From the NCBI GenBank assembly GCA_026936335.1, contig JAPMXV010000029.1, positions 558,001 to 622,000 of the forward strand: DNA of 64,000 bases, in the 5' to 3' direction. The translations under genes and the position numbers were made by a program. Below are positions 47,803-60,100 of the stretch, one piece after another. The stretch is from Mantamonas sphyraenae STR306 (lineage: Eukaryota > Protista > CRuMs). The notes beneath the pieces are model-generated. The model worked only from the letters and a program-made list of their open reading frames with translations. It was not told where the DNA came from and made no database searches. Numbering within the stretch: the first letter of the stretch is position 1; every line of letters begins with the position of its first letter.

Positions 47803-48438
47803 ATGATCTACGATCCCAAGTCGAACTTGTTCCACCACTTCCTCAAGCAGGTTGGGTACGTTGCAGCCAGAAGTGGGCGATGATGAGTGTGTGTGGAGCT
47901 GCGTGCTGACGTTTTTGAACGGGGCCATTTTCACTCTGTGTGCGGAACGCGCCGAACACGGCACACCACAGCAAGAAGAACCACGGCAACGAGAAGACGG
48001 GCAACTACGGCAACGATGCCGGCTCGAGCAGCGGCCACAAGAAGAAGGGAGAGCCCATTGGTGAGTGACGGGGTGTGGATTCGCTGGCGGGAATCGCTGG
48101 GAAAGCGCATGTGCGTCCAGCGGTCACAGCGTGGTGCAGCGGCAGGCTGGAAACACGCCATGGACAATGCGGGACACACACGCAAGGGGGCAGCGGTACA
48201 GCATATGGGATGGGGTTGAACGGAGTATAATGGTGGCACAGGGACTGACACAGTTTGGATCGCGCAGGAGGATTCGCCAGCGCCTGATCGGCTGCTTGTG
48301 TCGTGGTGTGATGTGCTACGCAATGAAATCCATGATCTCTACTTCTGTGAAGATGTCCCCGTGGAGGGATGGGTGGCAACCGCCCGCTGTGCCTTGGGAA
48401 GGAGCAAAATTCTCTTGAGAACGTCCGTTCCTGTTTGA
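47803..48438 (+). CDS. Possible small spliced hypothetical gene
   Basis: ATG 47803 MIYDPKSNLFHHFLKQ|gttggg...ag|KNHGNEKTG...KKKGEPI|gtgagt...cacag|WIAQEDSPAPDRLLVSWCD...TGA 48436-48438. Confidence 0.3.
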
Positions 48439-48548
48439 GCGAATGCATGCCTTGCGGGGGTTGGCTCTTGCGCTGCAACGTTTCTGTGGCAAACGGTGGG
48501 GAGAATGTGTGGTGACGTGCATTGCGCAGGGCAAGGCACGGAAACTCG

Positions 48549-50596
48549 ATGTCGAAACGTGAACGGGAGGAGTTTGAGGACGAATCGGAGGACATTCTGG
48601 CACGACTGAGCCGCAAGAGTGCACTGAGAGCATCGATGGAGGCGGGAAAGAATGAGGAGGAGGAGGTAGAGGCCAAGAGTGCCAAGAAGAAGCAGCGGAC
48701 GAGCAAGAAGGGCAAACAGGCATTGGACGGACGCAGGCAACGCAGCAAACGGGAGACGCAGCAGGAGCAGCTGATGGATGAGCGGGAAAAGGAGATTGAA
48801 AAGAAGATCCGCAGGGCCATGGGCAAGTACAAGCGGGTGGACGACAAAGCCATGTCAAAGGTAGGTGTGGAGGCGAGAGAGCCGCATGTGTCTCGTGAGC
48901 GCAGGACAAACACCCGCAAGCAACGCGCTGACATTTGTGTGTGTGTGTGTATGTGTGTGTGTGTGCGTGTGTTGTCCATTTGCACTCACGGTCGCCTGCT
49001 GGCTGGTGTGATCGTGCTGCAGCAAGTGAAAGACAAGAAGCTGCGTGCCACCCTGCGCACAAAGGAGGCCGAGGCGAGGCTGGCTGCGCGCATGGCTGCG
49101 CAACAGGAGCTGCTGCTGCCGTCGGAGGCAGGATACATGGAAAGCGATGGGATGGCCAAGACATATCAGTTCACGCAGGCGGAAATTGCACAGAGCGTGG
49201 ATTTGCAGAGCGCGGACAAGGTGAGGCGGCGGACTTTTTCGTGGCGAGTGCATGACCCCTGCGCTGCTGGAGACTGACACCCAGATGGCAGATGTTTGAG
49301 TTGCAGCTGGAGTTTGGGCCGTACCAGTGCACATACACACGAAACGGCAAGTACCTTGCACTGGGAGGCAAGGTGGGCCATGTGGCGCTGCTGGAGTGGA
49401 AGAAGCACAAGCTGCTGAGCGAGTTCCAGGTGGGCCAGCAAATCCGGTGCATTCGCTTCCTGCACGACCAGACCATGCTTGCAGTGGCACAGAAGAAGTA
49501 TCTATTTATGTACGACAACCAGGGGGTGGAGATCCATTGCCTGCGGGACCAACTGGAAGTGAATGCCATGGAGTTCTTGCCGTACCACTACCTGCTGGCC
49601 ACAGTGGGCAACGCAGGCTACCTCAAGTATCTGGACACGTCGACGGGTGCGCTGGTGGCACAACATCGCACTGCGCTGGGTCCGTGCAGCACCATGGCCC
49701 AAAACCCACGCAACGCAATCATCCACCTGGGCCACTCCAACGGCACCGTGACGCTGTGGAATCCCAACATGAGCAAGCCTTTGGTGAGCATGTTTTGCCA
49801 CCGGGCATCGCTGAACGCCATCACCATCGACGCGTCGGGTACATACATGGTGACCGCAGGCATGGACGGCCTGGTCAAAGTGTGGGATGTGCGCAAGTAC
49901 CAGGAGCTGCATTCATACTTTGCATCTACTCCTGCACAAACACTGGCCATTAGCCAGCGGGATATGCTGGCAGTGGGCTACGGAGGTCATTTGCAGGTGT
50001 GGAAGGACGCCTTGCAGCACAAGGTGCAGTCGCCTTACTTGAAGCACACTGTCAAGGGCGCGTCGGTCACCAACGTCGAGTTCTGTCCTTACGAGGACGT
50101 GCTGTGCATGGGCCACTCCAAGGGCATGGCAAGCGTGCTGGTGCCCGGCGCAGGAGAGCCCAACTTTGATTCGCGCGAGGCAAACCCGTTCCAGGCAGGC
50201 AAAGAGCGCAGCAACAAGGAAGTGGCCACGCTGTTGGACAAGATCCAGCCAGAGATGATCACTCTGGACGAGGACCACGTGGGCAAGGTGGACCGGGCAC
50301 CGAAAAAGGTAATTGAGGCCGAACGCAAGCTAGCACGCGAGGCCAACGCAGCGGCAAAGGGCATTGCGGTCAAAGGAGGCAAGAAGAAGCGCAGGTTCAA
50401 GCGCAAGCAGCAGAACGTGCTTACAGAGGCCCGCCTGGCCAAGCGCAAGGCCAACGAGGAGCGTCTGCTCAAGAAGAGGGCCAAGGAACGCAAGGAGCGC
50501 ATGGCCGCTGCAGCTGCGCAGCTGTCCAAGCTGGATTCGGGCATGAGCAGCCGCACAGCAGGTGCAGGACAGGCAGATGGTACTCAGGAAGGTGGA

Positions 50597-50640
<44 letters not shown>

Positions 50641-50767
50641 TCATCCCAACCAAGTACTGTTGCGCTTCCGCACCAGTGCTACCAAACGCCGCAAGAAGAG
50701 CGGAGCCAAGAAGGGAGTGCATCGTGCTGGACAGGGCAGCAAGAAGCGCGTTGGGCGTCGTGGGTGA
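48549..50767 (+). CDS. WDR46: WDR46/Utp7 WD40 SSU processome protein (multi-exon)
   Basis: GPYQCTYTRNGKYLALGG, AVAQKKY, FLPYHYLL, FCPYEDVL, VPGAGEPNFD, LLDKIQPEMI. Confidence 0.92.
50599..50637 (+). repeat. (CAG/AGC)n trinucleotide repeat encoding poly-Ser
   Basis: Perfect agc run in the WDR46 C-terminal tail. Confidence 0.95.
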
Positions 50768-50952
50768 CAGAAAATGGACGCTGCTTCCTGCCATCCTCTC
50801 TCACACACACAGTGGTCATTGTCGATGCCCATCCCCCATCCGTACGAATTCCATCCTTTCAGCCGCATGCCAATCTCATCCTCCTGGTGATCGGCAATCT
50901 GGCAATACAGGCTGTCGCACCGTCGCGACGTGCCAGCCAACCCCGGCAAACC

Positions 50953-51747
50953 ATGACAAGCACCACCGAACAGGACGTCCTTGCCATGTTCCAGGACTAC
51001 GCAGGACGGCTGGACACTAAGCACAGCGTGCGGGAAAAGGTGATCAAGGCGTCGAGGGACATCACGGCGGAAAGCAAGAAGATCATCTTTCTGCTACACC
51101 GCTTCACGAAAAAGGGCGGCAAGGTGCTGGGCGAAGCAGAGACGAGACTTCACAAGATGGGTACCCGTCTGCGCGAGCTGATGGTGCTGCTGCAGGACGA
51201 GGAGGGCGACGCGCAGGACAACTATTGGCGCTTCGCTCGCAGCTTCTCGCCAGCCGTCCAGGAGTTCCTTGAGGCGCTCCTCTTCTACCATTATCTCCTG
51301 GGCAATCGTGAGATAATGACGTTGGAAGAAGCAGAGGCGTTTGTCAACGCAGAGGAGGCACCAAGCCAGGAGGGGGAGGCAAACTCCATGGACGTCGAGG
51401 GCAAAGAGGACGGCGGCAACGACGCACTTCCCTTGTTTGCCATCACTGTGGACGATTACTTGCTGGGTGCCACAGACGTCACGGGAGAGCTCATGCGGCT
51501 ATGCGTGAACTACGTGGCCGAGGGCAACCACACGGAACCCTTTGTCATCAACGAGTTCCTCAGCAACTTGTACAGCCAGTTTGCCAGCATTCAGCTGCAG
51601 GACCGCGAGTACGGCAAGAAGATGGGCACCATGAAAAACAGCCTCGCCAAGGTGGAGAATGTTTGCTACAACGTACGTGTGCGTGGCAACGAGTTTCCTA
51701 GCAAGCTCCTCGACACGTCAAGCGGAGGTGGTGGCGATGACGAGTAG
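50953..51747 (+). CDS. TSNAX: Translin-associated protein X (TRAX)
   Basis: REKVIKASRDITAESKKIIFLLHR, FSPAVQEFLEA, DYLLGATDVTGELMR, KVENVCYNVRVRG.E. Confidence 0.9.
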   Translation: MTSTTEQDVLAMFQDYAGRLDTKHSVREKVIKASRDITAESKKIIFLLHRFTKKGGKVLGEAETRLHKMGTRLRELMVLLQDEEGDAQDNYWRFARSFSPAVQEFLEALLFYHYLLGNREIMTLEEAEAFVNAEEAPSQEGEANSMDVEGKEDGGNDALPLFAITVDDYLLGATDVTGELMRLCVNYVAEGNHTEPFVINEFLSNLYSQFASIQLQDREYGKKMGTMKNSLAKVENVCYNVRVRGNEFPSKLLDTSSGGGGDDE

Positions 51748-51759
51748 CTTGTCTCCCCG

Positions 51760-51760
<1 letters not shown>

Positions 51761-51809
<49 letters not shown>

Positions 51810-51810
51810 A
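51761..51810. repeat. (CA)n microsatellite
   Basis: Long ca run downstream of TRAX. Confidence 0.95.
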
Positions 51811-51894
51811 GATGTGTGTCAATTGCCCCTTGCACATCAATCCGTCTTGAGGTTTCACAGGCTGCTCACGACCACGCGCCGTGTCACGCAAACA

Positions 51895-54670
51895 ATGAGC
51901 AGTAGCAGCAGCAGCAGCAGTAGCAGCAGCGGTAGCAACAGCAGCAGTGGTAGCTACGGGACTGATGACACCGAGCAAGACACAGTGCAGCTGTCTGTGC
52001 AGCTGATCGTACGTGTTGCTCCGTAGATCCAGAAATGGCGCGACCCGAAACTGACACGGACCTCACATCATTCACAGAAACAAGTCACGGGCACAGAAGA
52101 GCTCTCTGGTCTGCGCCAACTCGTGTTGGCAAACTGTGGCTTGGCCAGCATTGAGAATCTGGGAGTCGTAAGTTGGCGCGCGTCCTCAGTTGCGAAACGT
52201 TTCTGCTCACGCCAACATTTGACCCGGCTCCGGTTCCGCCCCCCCCCACCCCCTCCCCCCGTAGTGCCCCAAACTCAGCACCCTCGATGTGTCCATGAAC
52301 CGCATCACCCACGTACAGAACCTGGAAGACACGCCTGGGCTAGTGGAGCTGCACCTGGCCGGCAACAAGCTCTCCTCCCTCGACGGCATGCCCAAGCTCA
52401 AACACCTGCGCCTCCTCAATGTGTCCTCCAATGTTCTCCAGCATTTGGATGGCCTTGAGAACGTGTCTGGCCTCCACACCCTGCTGTTGGACCACAACCG
52501 CCTCGAGGAGATGAGCAAGGTGCGGCACCACGCGAAGCAACCCCTCCCCTCATTCTCTGTGCAATGTCCACAGGCCACACACTGACATTGACTTGCACAA
52601 TCACAGCCCTTATCCAGACTCACCAGTCTGACCATGCTGGACATGTCCTCCAACGCTGTAACCAGCATTTCCAACCTGCACCTCAACCGCAAACTCGAGG
52701 TGCTGCTTTTGAATAACAACAGCATCCGCGAGATCGACGGCCTGCGCACGTGCCAGTCTCTTCAGGAGTTGCATCTGACAGGCAACAAGATCAGCAAGAA
52801 GGTGCGCAACCTAGAGCAAACCCCGTATCTGAAGGTGCTCAAGCTGAACGCCAACCGCGTGGCCGATCTCTCTGTGTTTCCCGTCATGCGCAACCTTCGT
52901 GAACTCCATCTCGCCGACAATCGCATCAGCGATCTCCGTGCCCTGTGCACCCAGAAGACTCCCTTTCCTCGTCTCGAAATGCTTGATCTTGCCGCAAACA
53001 CCCTCGTGAGCATCCAGGACCTGTACCTCGAGCGCTCTTTGGTGCCTTTGGCAGACCTCATGGAGATTCGCCTTGACGGCAATCCCCTGCTGCGACGCGA
53101 CCCGGACTACGCCGCGGCTATCCTGCGGGAGTTGCCCCAGGTCGACTTTGTGGACGAATGGGAACGTGACGAAGATGGAAACGTGGTGCATGGTGACTAT
53201 GAGCCCGTTGCACCGCCTCTGCGTGTGGAGGGCGGCTCTCGTGTCCAGGGGGGACCTGGAGCCGCAGACGCGTGGAACGACCCTTTGAGCGACCAAGCCG
53301 TCGCTGATTTCAAAGCGTCCCTGAAACGTATGACATCGCTGAAACAGCGCATTGCTACAGACAGCCTGGAAGACGACGACAACGAGAGCAAAGACGCGAC
53401 AGCGAACGGAAGGACAGCTGCAGCTTCGCGTGCTTCCCAACGTTCCAACGCAGGCGACGAACCAGTCATTCTGCAACACATGGTGGATGACGACACCCTC
53501 GAGGCGAACATCATGGATTTTCGCATGGCCTGCGATGCACTGCGCAGCAGAGTGCAGGTCGAACTCGGCATCTTTGACCCCCCGCAGAAGCAGACCGCGG
53601 CGGCGGTTGCAGGACACTCGTCGTCCGGCTCCATGGCCATGGTCAATGACGACTTGGATGACATGCTCTCCATGCGTCCAAACAAGATCCGTGAGCTGGC
53701 CACACGGTATGTGCGCGACCAAATTTCACTCGACGATGACGCCAGCGCAGACGATGCTATGGACGACGACATCGAGCCAAAGAACCCTGCCGATCGTTTC
53801 CACTACGAGTATTCGTCGCACCTGACCAGTATCATCGACGACGTCGTGCGGCGCACAACAGAAGAGTACGGCGACGCTTTCCTCCACCAAGACGATAGCG
53901 AGGATGAAGAACAGGATCAGGTGCAGGGAGTGCAGGCCCAATCGTCCGCCTCTGCACACAATCCCGACGTTGATGTGGTCATTGCGGCATCGGATCTGCG
54001 ACGCGACGACGCCACAGCCAGCAACCCATACGCAGCTTACTTCCAGATGAGCAGGGAGCGCCGAGAGGTCCTTGAACAGGCGCGTGCTTCGTCATCCATG
54101 TCTGAGAGCTACAGTGCTCGTGCTCAATCCCGCCTATCTCAAGCCACAGGACCTCGTTCTCCATCGCGCACTCCCGTCCGAGACCTGCCCTACCGCCAAC
54201 ACGTCACCCTGGACGATGACAATGAGCAGAGCCACAGTGGCAGCGATAGCGATGATGACGACGACGACCTCATGCAGGATCTGGTGGACAAGTACGAAGA
54301 TGTGTTGCCCAGCGAGGACTCGGACACCTCTGAAGACCAAGCCGCCGCCATGGCACCGACCCCACCCAGGCCCAGCACATCATACAGTCAACGCTCCACC
54401 TCGCGGCTCTCCCAGCGACCAAGCACGTCTGCAGGGCAGCGTCCAGGCACCGCCGGCTCAGGCATCCACGAGCGACGCACCATCGGCCCCTCAGGCACCT
54501 ATGCCAACTATACAAACCAAGACGACGGTGCAAACGACGACAACGACGACGACGACGACGCGCATGAGGACCAAGACGACGTCCGCTCGTCCTCGCGCCT
54601 CAGCGCACGTGGACGGCTACGCGACGCAATGCGATTTGCCACCAAGCGCGACGGAGTCCCTTTAAAAATC
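51895..54670 (+). CDS. SDS22-type leucine-rich repeat protein with acidic disordered C-terminus (multi-exon; 3' end unresolved)
   Basis: Repeated LxxLxLxxNxI units (LDVSMNRI, LHLAGNKL, LLLNNNSI, LHLTGNKI, LKLNANRV) and LRR cap GNPL. Confidence 0.8.
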
Positions 54671-56528
54671 GTCTTCAATCACAAATGCCCCCTTCTTGCT
54701 GATGTTCTCTGCAAACTGAGCGTTCTCGCGTGCCTTTTGTTCCTCCAGACGTTGGCGCATTGCCTCACGCTGCGCCTGCAGGCGCTGGTTCTCCTCGGCA
54801 CGACGCGACGCCTCCTCCAACTGCGTGCTCATCTGCTCCACCTCTTTCTTCTTGTTCGACGCCAGCTTTCGCTTCAGGTTCGCCGCCAAAGCCATACCAA
54901 GCCGGTTGCGAGTCTCGTTCTTCGACTCTGTCTTGCCCTCACTCGCCTTGACTTCGCTTGCAGCCTCCAAAACCTGCTGGCGCTCCTGCGCACGTTGCTC
55001 CAGAAGTCGCGCACGCTCTTCCTGCACGCGCTTTGCACGCTGTTCGGCCTCGGCGGCCTGCTTCTCTGCCATCTCCTTGCGCTGCATCGCTGCAGACGCC
55101 ATCAGCTGCCGCTCGCGCTCCCGACGCTCCTCCACCTGCTTGGCAATCTGTTCGATGTACCTCTGCTTTGCCTCCAGCTCTTCCTCTCGCGCCTTTCGTC
55201 GCTCTTCCTCCGCTGCCTTTTGCTGCGCCATCCGCGCTTCCAATGCTGCTGCTCGCTTCTCCCGCTCCTCCGCTTCTGCCTGCGCTCGCTCCTTCTCCGC
55301 TTTGGCCTGTGCTGCCGCTGCTGCCGCTGCTGCCTCAGCTGCCTCAGCTTCTGCCGCTGCCGCCGCTTCTGCCGCCTGCGCTGCACGTCGCTCCTCAGCC
55401 TCTGCCTGCGCGCGCTTCTTGGCCGCTGCTGCAGCCTCTCGTGCACGAATCTCTTCGGCTTCCTCTTCTGCACGCTGTGCCTCTTCCAATGCACGCAGCT
55501 GGTCCTGCTGCTGTTCCAGCGCAAGCGACATTGCAATCGCCGCCTCCAGATCCGCCTGTTCTCGAGCAAGCTCCGATTCCATGCTCTCGCTCTCCATCTG
55601 CGACGCTCGGATCGCTGCTGCAACCATTTCTTCCATCTCAGAACTCAGTTCAGCCTCACTCTCCAGCGACTGCTGGCTCAGACGGATAGCTTCTTCCAGC
55701 ATCCGTTCTTCCTCGTCGTCCAGCTCCTCCTCCTCCTCCTCCTCCTCTGTTCCCTCGCCCTCACCTTCCTGTTCCCCCTCAGGTACTGCCCCTGTGTTGC
55801 TGTTTGCTTCAGCAACTTCCTCGGACGATGCCCCACTCTCCTTCTTCTGTGCCAAGGTTGCGTGTGGGTGTCAGCAGTTCTGTGCGGCTCAACGCTGCTC
55901 CCGCGTTCCTCTCCACTCACCTGCGCCTGCACGGCATTCCTCTCCGCCTGTTGAAGCATGCGTCGTGCCTCTGCCTCCAGCTGCAGGTTACGTGCAATCA
56001 TGCTCGCCTTGAAGCTGACAAAGTCGTCCGCCATCAACACCTGCGCAAACGCTTCCTGGTCCACATCCGAACTCAGCACCTGCACGAGGGCTCCAGCCAG
56101 CTGATCCTCCGTCAAGCCCATTTCCTCCACATGCGAGCTAAACAGTGTCTCCACAAGCTCCGAGTATTTCTGTCCGCGCGTCCATACACGCCCAAAACGG
56201 CCCGATTGTGTGAGCGCGCCCTCACGGATCTTGCTCCATCTCCAACCCCCTCTTTTTTCCCGTCCCCCTTTCCATCCTCATCCCCAATAGCCTGCATCGT
56301 CCTTTCCCACTGCAATCCGTGTGCATGCAATCCACCCTCCGTCGTCACCCTGTCCCGTGGCCACGCACTCACCTTAAACACCTCCATGTGTGCAAACGAG
56401 TTTTCCTCCTCCGCCCCAAACACCACGCAGTTCCGGTCCACAAACTCGTTGATCGGCGTGTCCCAGAACGGGGATTGCAGGAATTGGATCATCGACTCGA
56501 GTACCCAGTCTTCACCCGCTTCACTCAT
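54662..56528 (-). CDS. CFAP36: CFAP36/CCDC104-like BART-domain ciliary protein with UIM-like motifs (3 exons)
   Basis: DWVLESMIQFLQSPFWDTPINEFVDRNCVVF..EEENS, QVLMADDFVSFKASMIARNLQLE, EQADLEAAIAMSL. Confidence 0.82.
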
Positions 56529-56606
56529 GATTCTCTCGATGCGGAATTTCTCTGCCTGCCACGTCGCCATGCCCTGGCGTCGCCAAACCGAATTCCCCCC
56601 CCCATC

Positions 56607-57131
56607 ATGAGCTCTCGTGGCGTCCGGGCAGAAGGCACCGACGGTTCCGACTTTAGCTTCCGCGAAAAGGTCGAGTCCTACTACCAGACCATGGCCACGT
56701 CGCGCAAGAGCTTCCAGCTGTGGATCAAGCTCACCGCCCTTTACTACCTCCTCGCCTTTGTTGCCATCTTTGCCTCCTCCCAGAGCACCCTCAAGTGGAC
56801 CTCTCTCCCTCCACTCCACGGATATGCAGCCATGACCTGCGGCGCCTTTCTCAGTGCCGGTGGCCACATGTTTGTCAAGTCCAAGAACCGCGTCATGCTC
56901 CTCATCTACGTCGTCCTCTCCTTTGTCCAGGTCGTCCTCACCGCCTACCGCGGAGTCATTGCTCACTTCCTTGCCGACTATGCTTCCGACCCTGCCTTTC
57001 ACTCCCAGCTCTGGCTCATCCCTGTGCTTATCAACTCCTTTGGCGTCGTCGCAGTCTCCATGGCTGCTCGCTCTGCCCTCACCCTTCGTCAGGCGCTTGT
57101 GGAGCAGCAGTCCAAGAAGGCCAAGAAATGA
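56607..57131 (+). CDS. JAGN1: Jagunal homolog (ER membrane protein)
   Basis: MSSRGVRAEGTDGSDFSFREKV N-terminal signature, 4 transmembrane segments, C-terminal KKAKK ER-retrieval signal. Confidence 0.88.
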   Translation: MSSRGVRAEGTDGSDFSFREKVESYYQTMATSRKSFQLWIKLTALYYLLAFVAIFASSQSTLKWTSLPPLHGYAAMTCGAFLSAGGHMFVKSKNRVMLLIYVVLSFVQVVLTAYRGVIAHFLADYASDPAFHSQLWLIPVLINSFGVVAVSMAARSALTLRQALVEQQSKKAKK

Positions 57132-57191
57132 ACACATTCCCCTTGTTCTTCACATCTGCCCACCACACGCCTTGCCCTCACACCGCCAACC

Positions 57192-60100
57192 ATGTCCTTT
57201 GCAAACGTCCTCCTGGCCGAGCTGCGTTCCCTCTCCTTGGAGGCCCGTCGCAAGTGCCCTGCCGTCAAGGAGGCTGCAGAGCGGGGCATTGTCAAGGTTC
57301 GATCCCTGGGTGATGGTTCTGTCAAGCATGGTGTGTTCCCTGAGCCTTGTTTTGGCCGCAGTCTTTCAACCCTTCCCCTCTTGCCCTCCTCCGTGACATG
57401 CCCACGACCTCTCCGTGCCCTTCTCTCAATGCCCTTTGGCTTTCATGTTTGTGCACACACGATTCCATGCGCTTCGTTCCTCTCTAAACCCCCCATCGGC
57501 CTTTGTCCACCCGACTTGGGGTTTTGGAATCCTCCTCGCTGACGTCGCCGCCCCCTCCTCTCCTTGTTGCCCGGGCTGCCTCTCCGGCCTCGCCCTCCGT
57601 TCCAGTCATTGATTCCGAATCCAACGACTTGCTGCAGCCCTTTCTACTGGCATTCGAGTCGGCGCAGCCCAAGCTCGTTCTCATCAGCGTCAGCTGCCTG
57701 CAGAAGCTGATTTCACATCACGCCCTCGCCCCCGGCGTCGTGCCATATGTCCTACAGCTGCTCTCTTCCCAGGCCAACGAGATCACCTTTTCCACAGAGC
57801 CCACTCTGCAGCTCAAGATTCTTCAAGCCATCCTCTCGCTTCTCACTGGCGACGAAAGCGTCTCCGGCGAACCCCTCGCAGAGGCTCTGCTGATCTGCTT
57901 CCGCTACTACGCCAGCGACTATCCCATGCTCCAGATGACCGCTGCCATTGCAGTGCGTCAGGTCACCGACGCTGTGTTTGACCGTGCTCAGTCCTCCCTG
58001 TCCTCCCTGGCCGACAGCTCCAACGTTGAGCACCAGCTCGCCAGTAGCAGCGCCTCCTCCCCCGCCGTCGACGACTCTCAGGACGACAATCCGCTTGTGT
58101 TTGACGCTTACATGCTCTTTAGGGACCTGTGCACCCTGGCCAACGGCGACGAGTCCTTCTGGATTAAGCTGGACATACTCGACGTCTGCTTCAGCCTGGA
58201 GCTCCTGGAAACGTGTCTCCAGGGCCACCGTGAGCTCATCCACCAGCACGAGTTTGCCTCGTTGGTCAAAGAACGTGTGTGTCCCCTCATCATCAAGCTC
58301 TTCAGCTACAAGGACGACTTTGCCATGCAGGTCCGCCTCACACGCCTCCTTGTCCTACTGGTGTCCAGCTACAACACGCTCATTGTAGGTTCATGTCCCG
58401 CTCCTACCCATCTGCATTCCTTTCCATGCATGTGCACCCACTCACATTACACCTTGCCCTCCATGCAGCCGACCGAGGTGGAAATCTTCATGACGCTCGT
58501 ACTGCGCAACCTGAAAATCGAGGAACCCATCTGGCAGGCAGGTCTGGCCCTCGAGTTTGTGCGACAGAGTGCAGCCACGCAAATCAACCAGGGTGCGTCG
58601 GATGAGAACACCATGCTGTTCCTGTTTACACACTACGACGCACGCGAGGGCGCGAGCAACGTCTTTGGCCAGATCATGGACATTCTGGGCAAAACCATAC
58701 GCGAACACTATGAACCGGAACAACAGCTGCGCATTCGCACACATGCACGCAAACCTGCGCTGCTCTCTCATCTCAACGACGACCAGCCACCCACACTGGA
58801 CGACAGCTACCGCGTTTCAGTCGCCGTCGAGGGGATATTGTTGACCCTGGGCAATCTCGACGCACTCATCTCCACCTTTGAAGCCGAGCCCGAGAGTGAA
58901 CCTGCACAGCAGCTGCGCGACACCCTCGCCAGTATGCTCGAGTCCAGCTGGCCCTCCTTCCTCGCCGCCCTGTCCTGCCTCATCGTCGACTCGCAGGACA
59001 GCGTGCTGCTCGAACAGGTTCTGGGTGCGTGCACATCTGTCACCATCCTTGCGGCGCGCCTGGACCAAACAACCCCGCGCAACGCCTTTCTCACTTCCAT
59101 CTGCCAGTGTGCCGCCCCGTCCTCCGGTACCGGCACAACTGCAGGCACCGAGACGACATCGCACACCGACTCTCCTGGTCACGATGACGCAGGTGCACGT
59201 CTCACACCCAAGAACATGCTGGCCATGCGTTCGTTGCTTTCAATCGCACGCGCAGTGCCCCAGCATCTCGATTCGTCGTGGCAGCTCATTCTCCAATCCC
59301 TGCAACGCCTGGATACCCTGCTGCTGGACAGCGGCCTCGCTTCCGTGCGCTTTCCGCTGGGCATGGCCAATCCGGGCTCGCTTGACAGCAGCAGCCGCAG
59401 CGGCAGTGCAAACAGCCTCACAAGCATGTCCTCTTCACATTCTGCGGACAATCTTTCGCAGCTGCTGCAGGACGGCGACGACGCAAGCAGCCTCGCTCTG
59501 TCCATGGATGAACTGTTTCTCGGTACGCACCAACTGGATGACACCACCCTGCTCGTGGTTTTGGAAGCCCTGGCCGATCTGTGCAACGTCCAGCTCGCTC
59601 AACCCGAGCCAAAGGTCCGCGTTCAGCACAGCAGCAAACGCACACCACGGGCCGGCGCCGGTGGGCAGTCCCATCGCAACACTTCCATCGCCCCCCTTTC
59701 TCTTTCCGATCCCAGCGACTACAGGCTCCACGCCGCCGCCAGGTTACTCCAGGTCGCTCTCAGCAACCAGGGACGATTGCAGCTCTACTGGTCTCTCGTG
59801 GTCAAGTTCCTCGTGGGCATGGCAACCCACGAATCCGCAGGCGTCCGCTCCTTTGCCGTCGATGCCCTCACAACACTCATCAACACGGCTCTGCCACAGA
59901 CGTCCCTAGTCAACTTCCAGAACGACCTTCTCGAGCCTCTGTTCGCCCTGTCGCTCCTGGAATTCGTGGACACACGCGAGCAAGTTCTTGGCGAGCTGTT
60001 CCACATGCTGGAGAACAATGGCCAGCATGTGAGCAGTGGCTGGGATCTGCTCTTGCCCCTCCTCAAGAGCGTTTGCCAGCGAAACGATGGCCGTCCTCAG

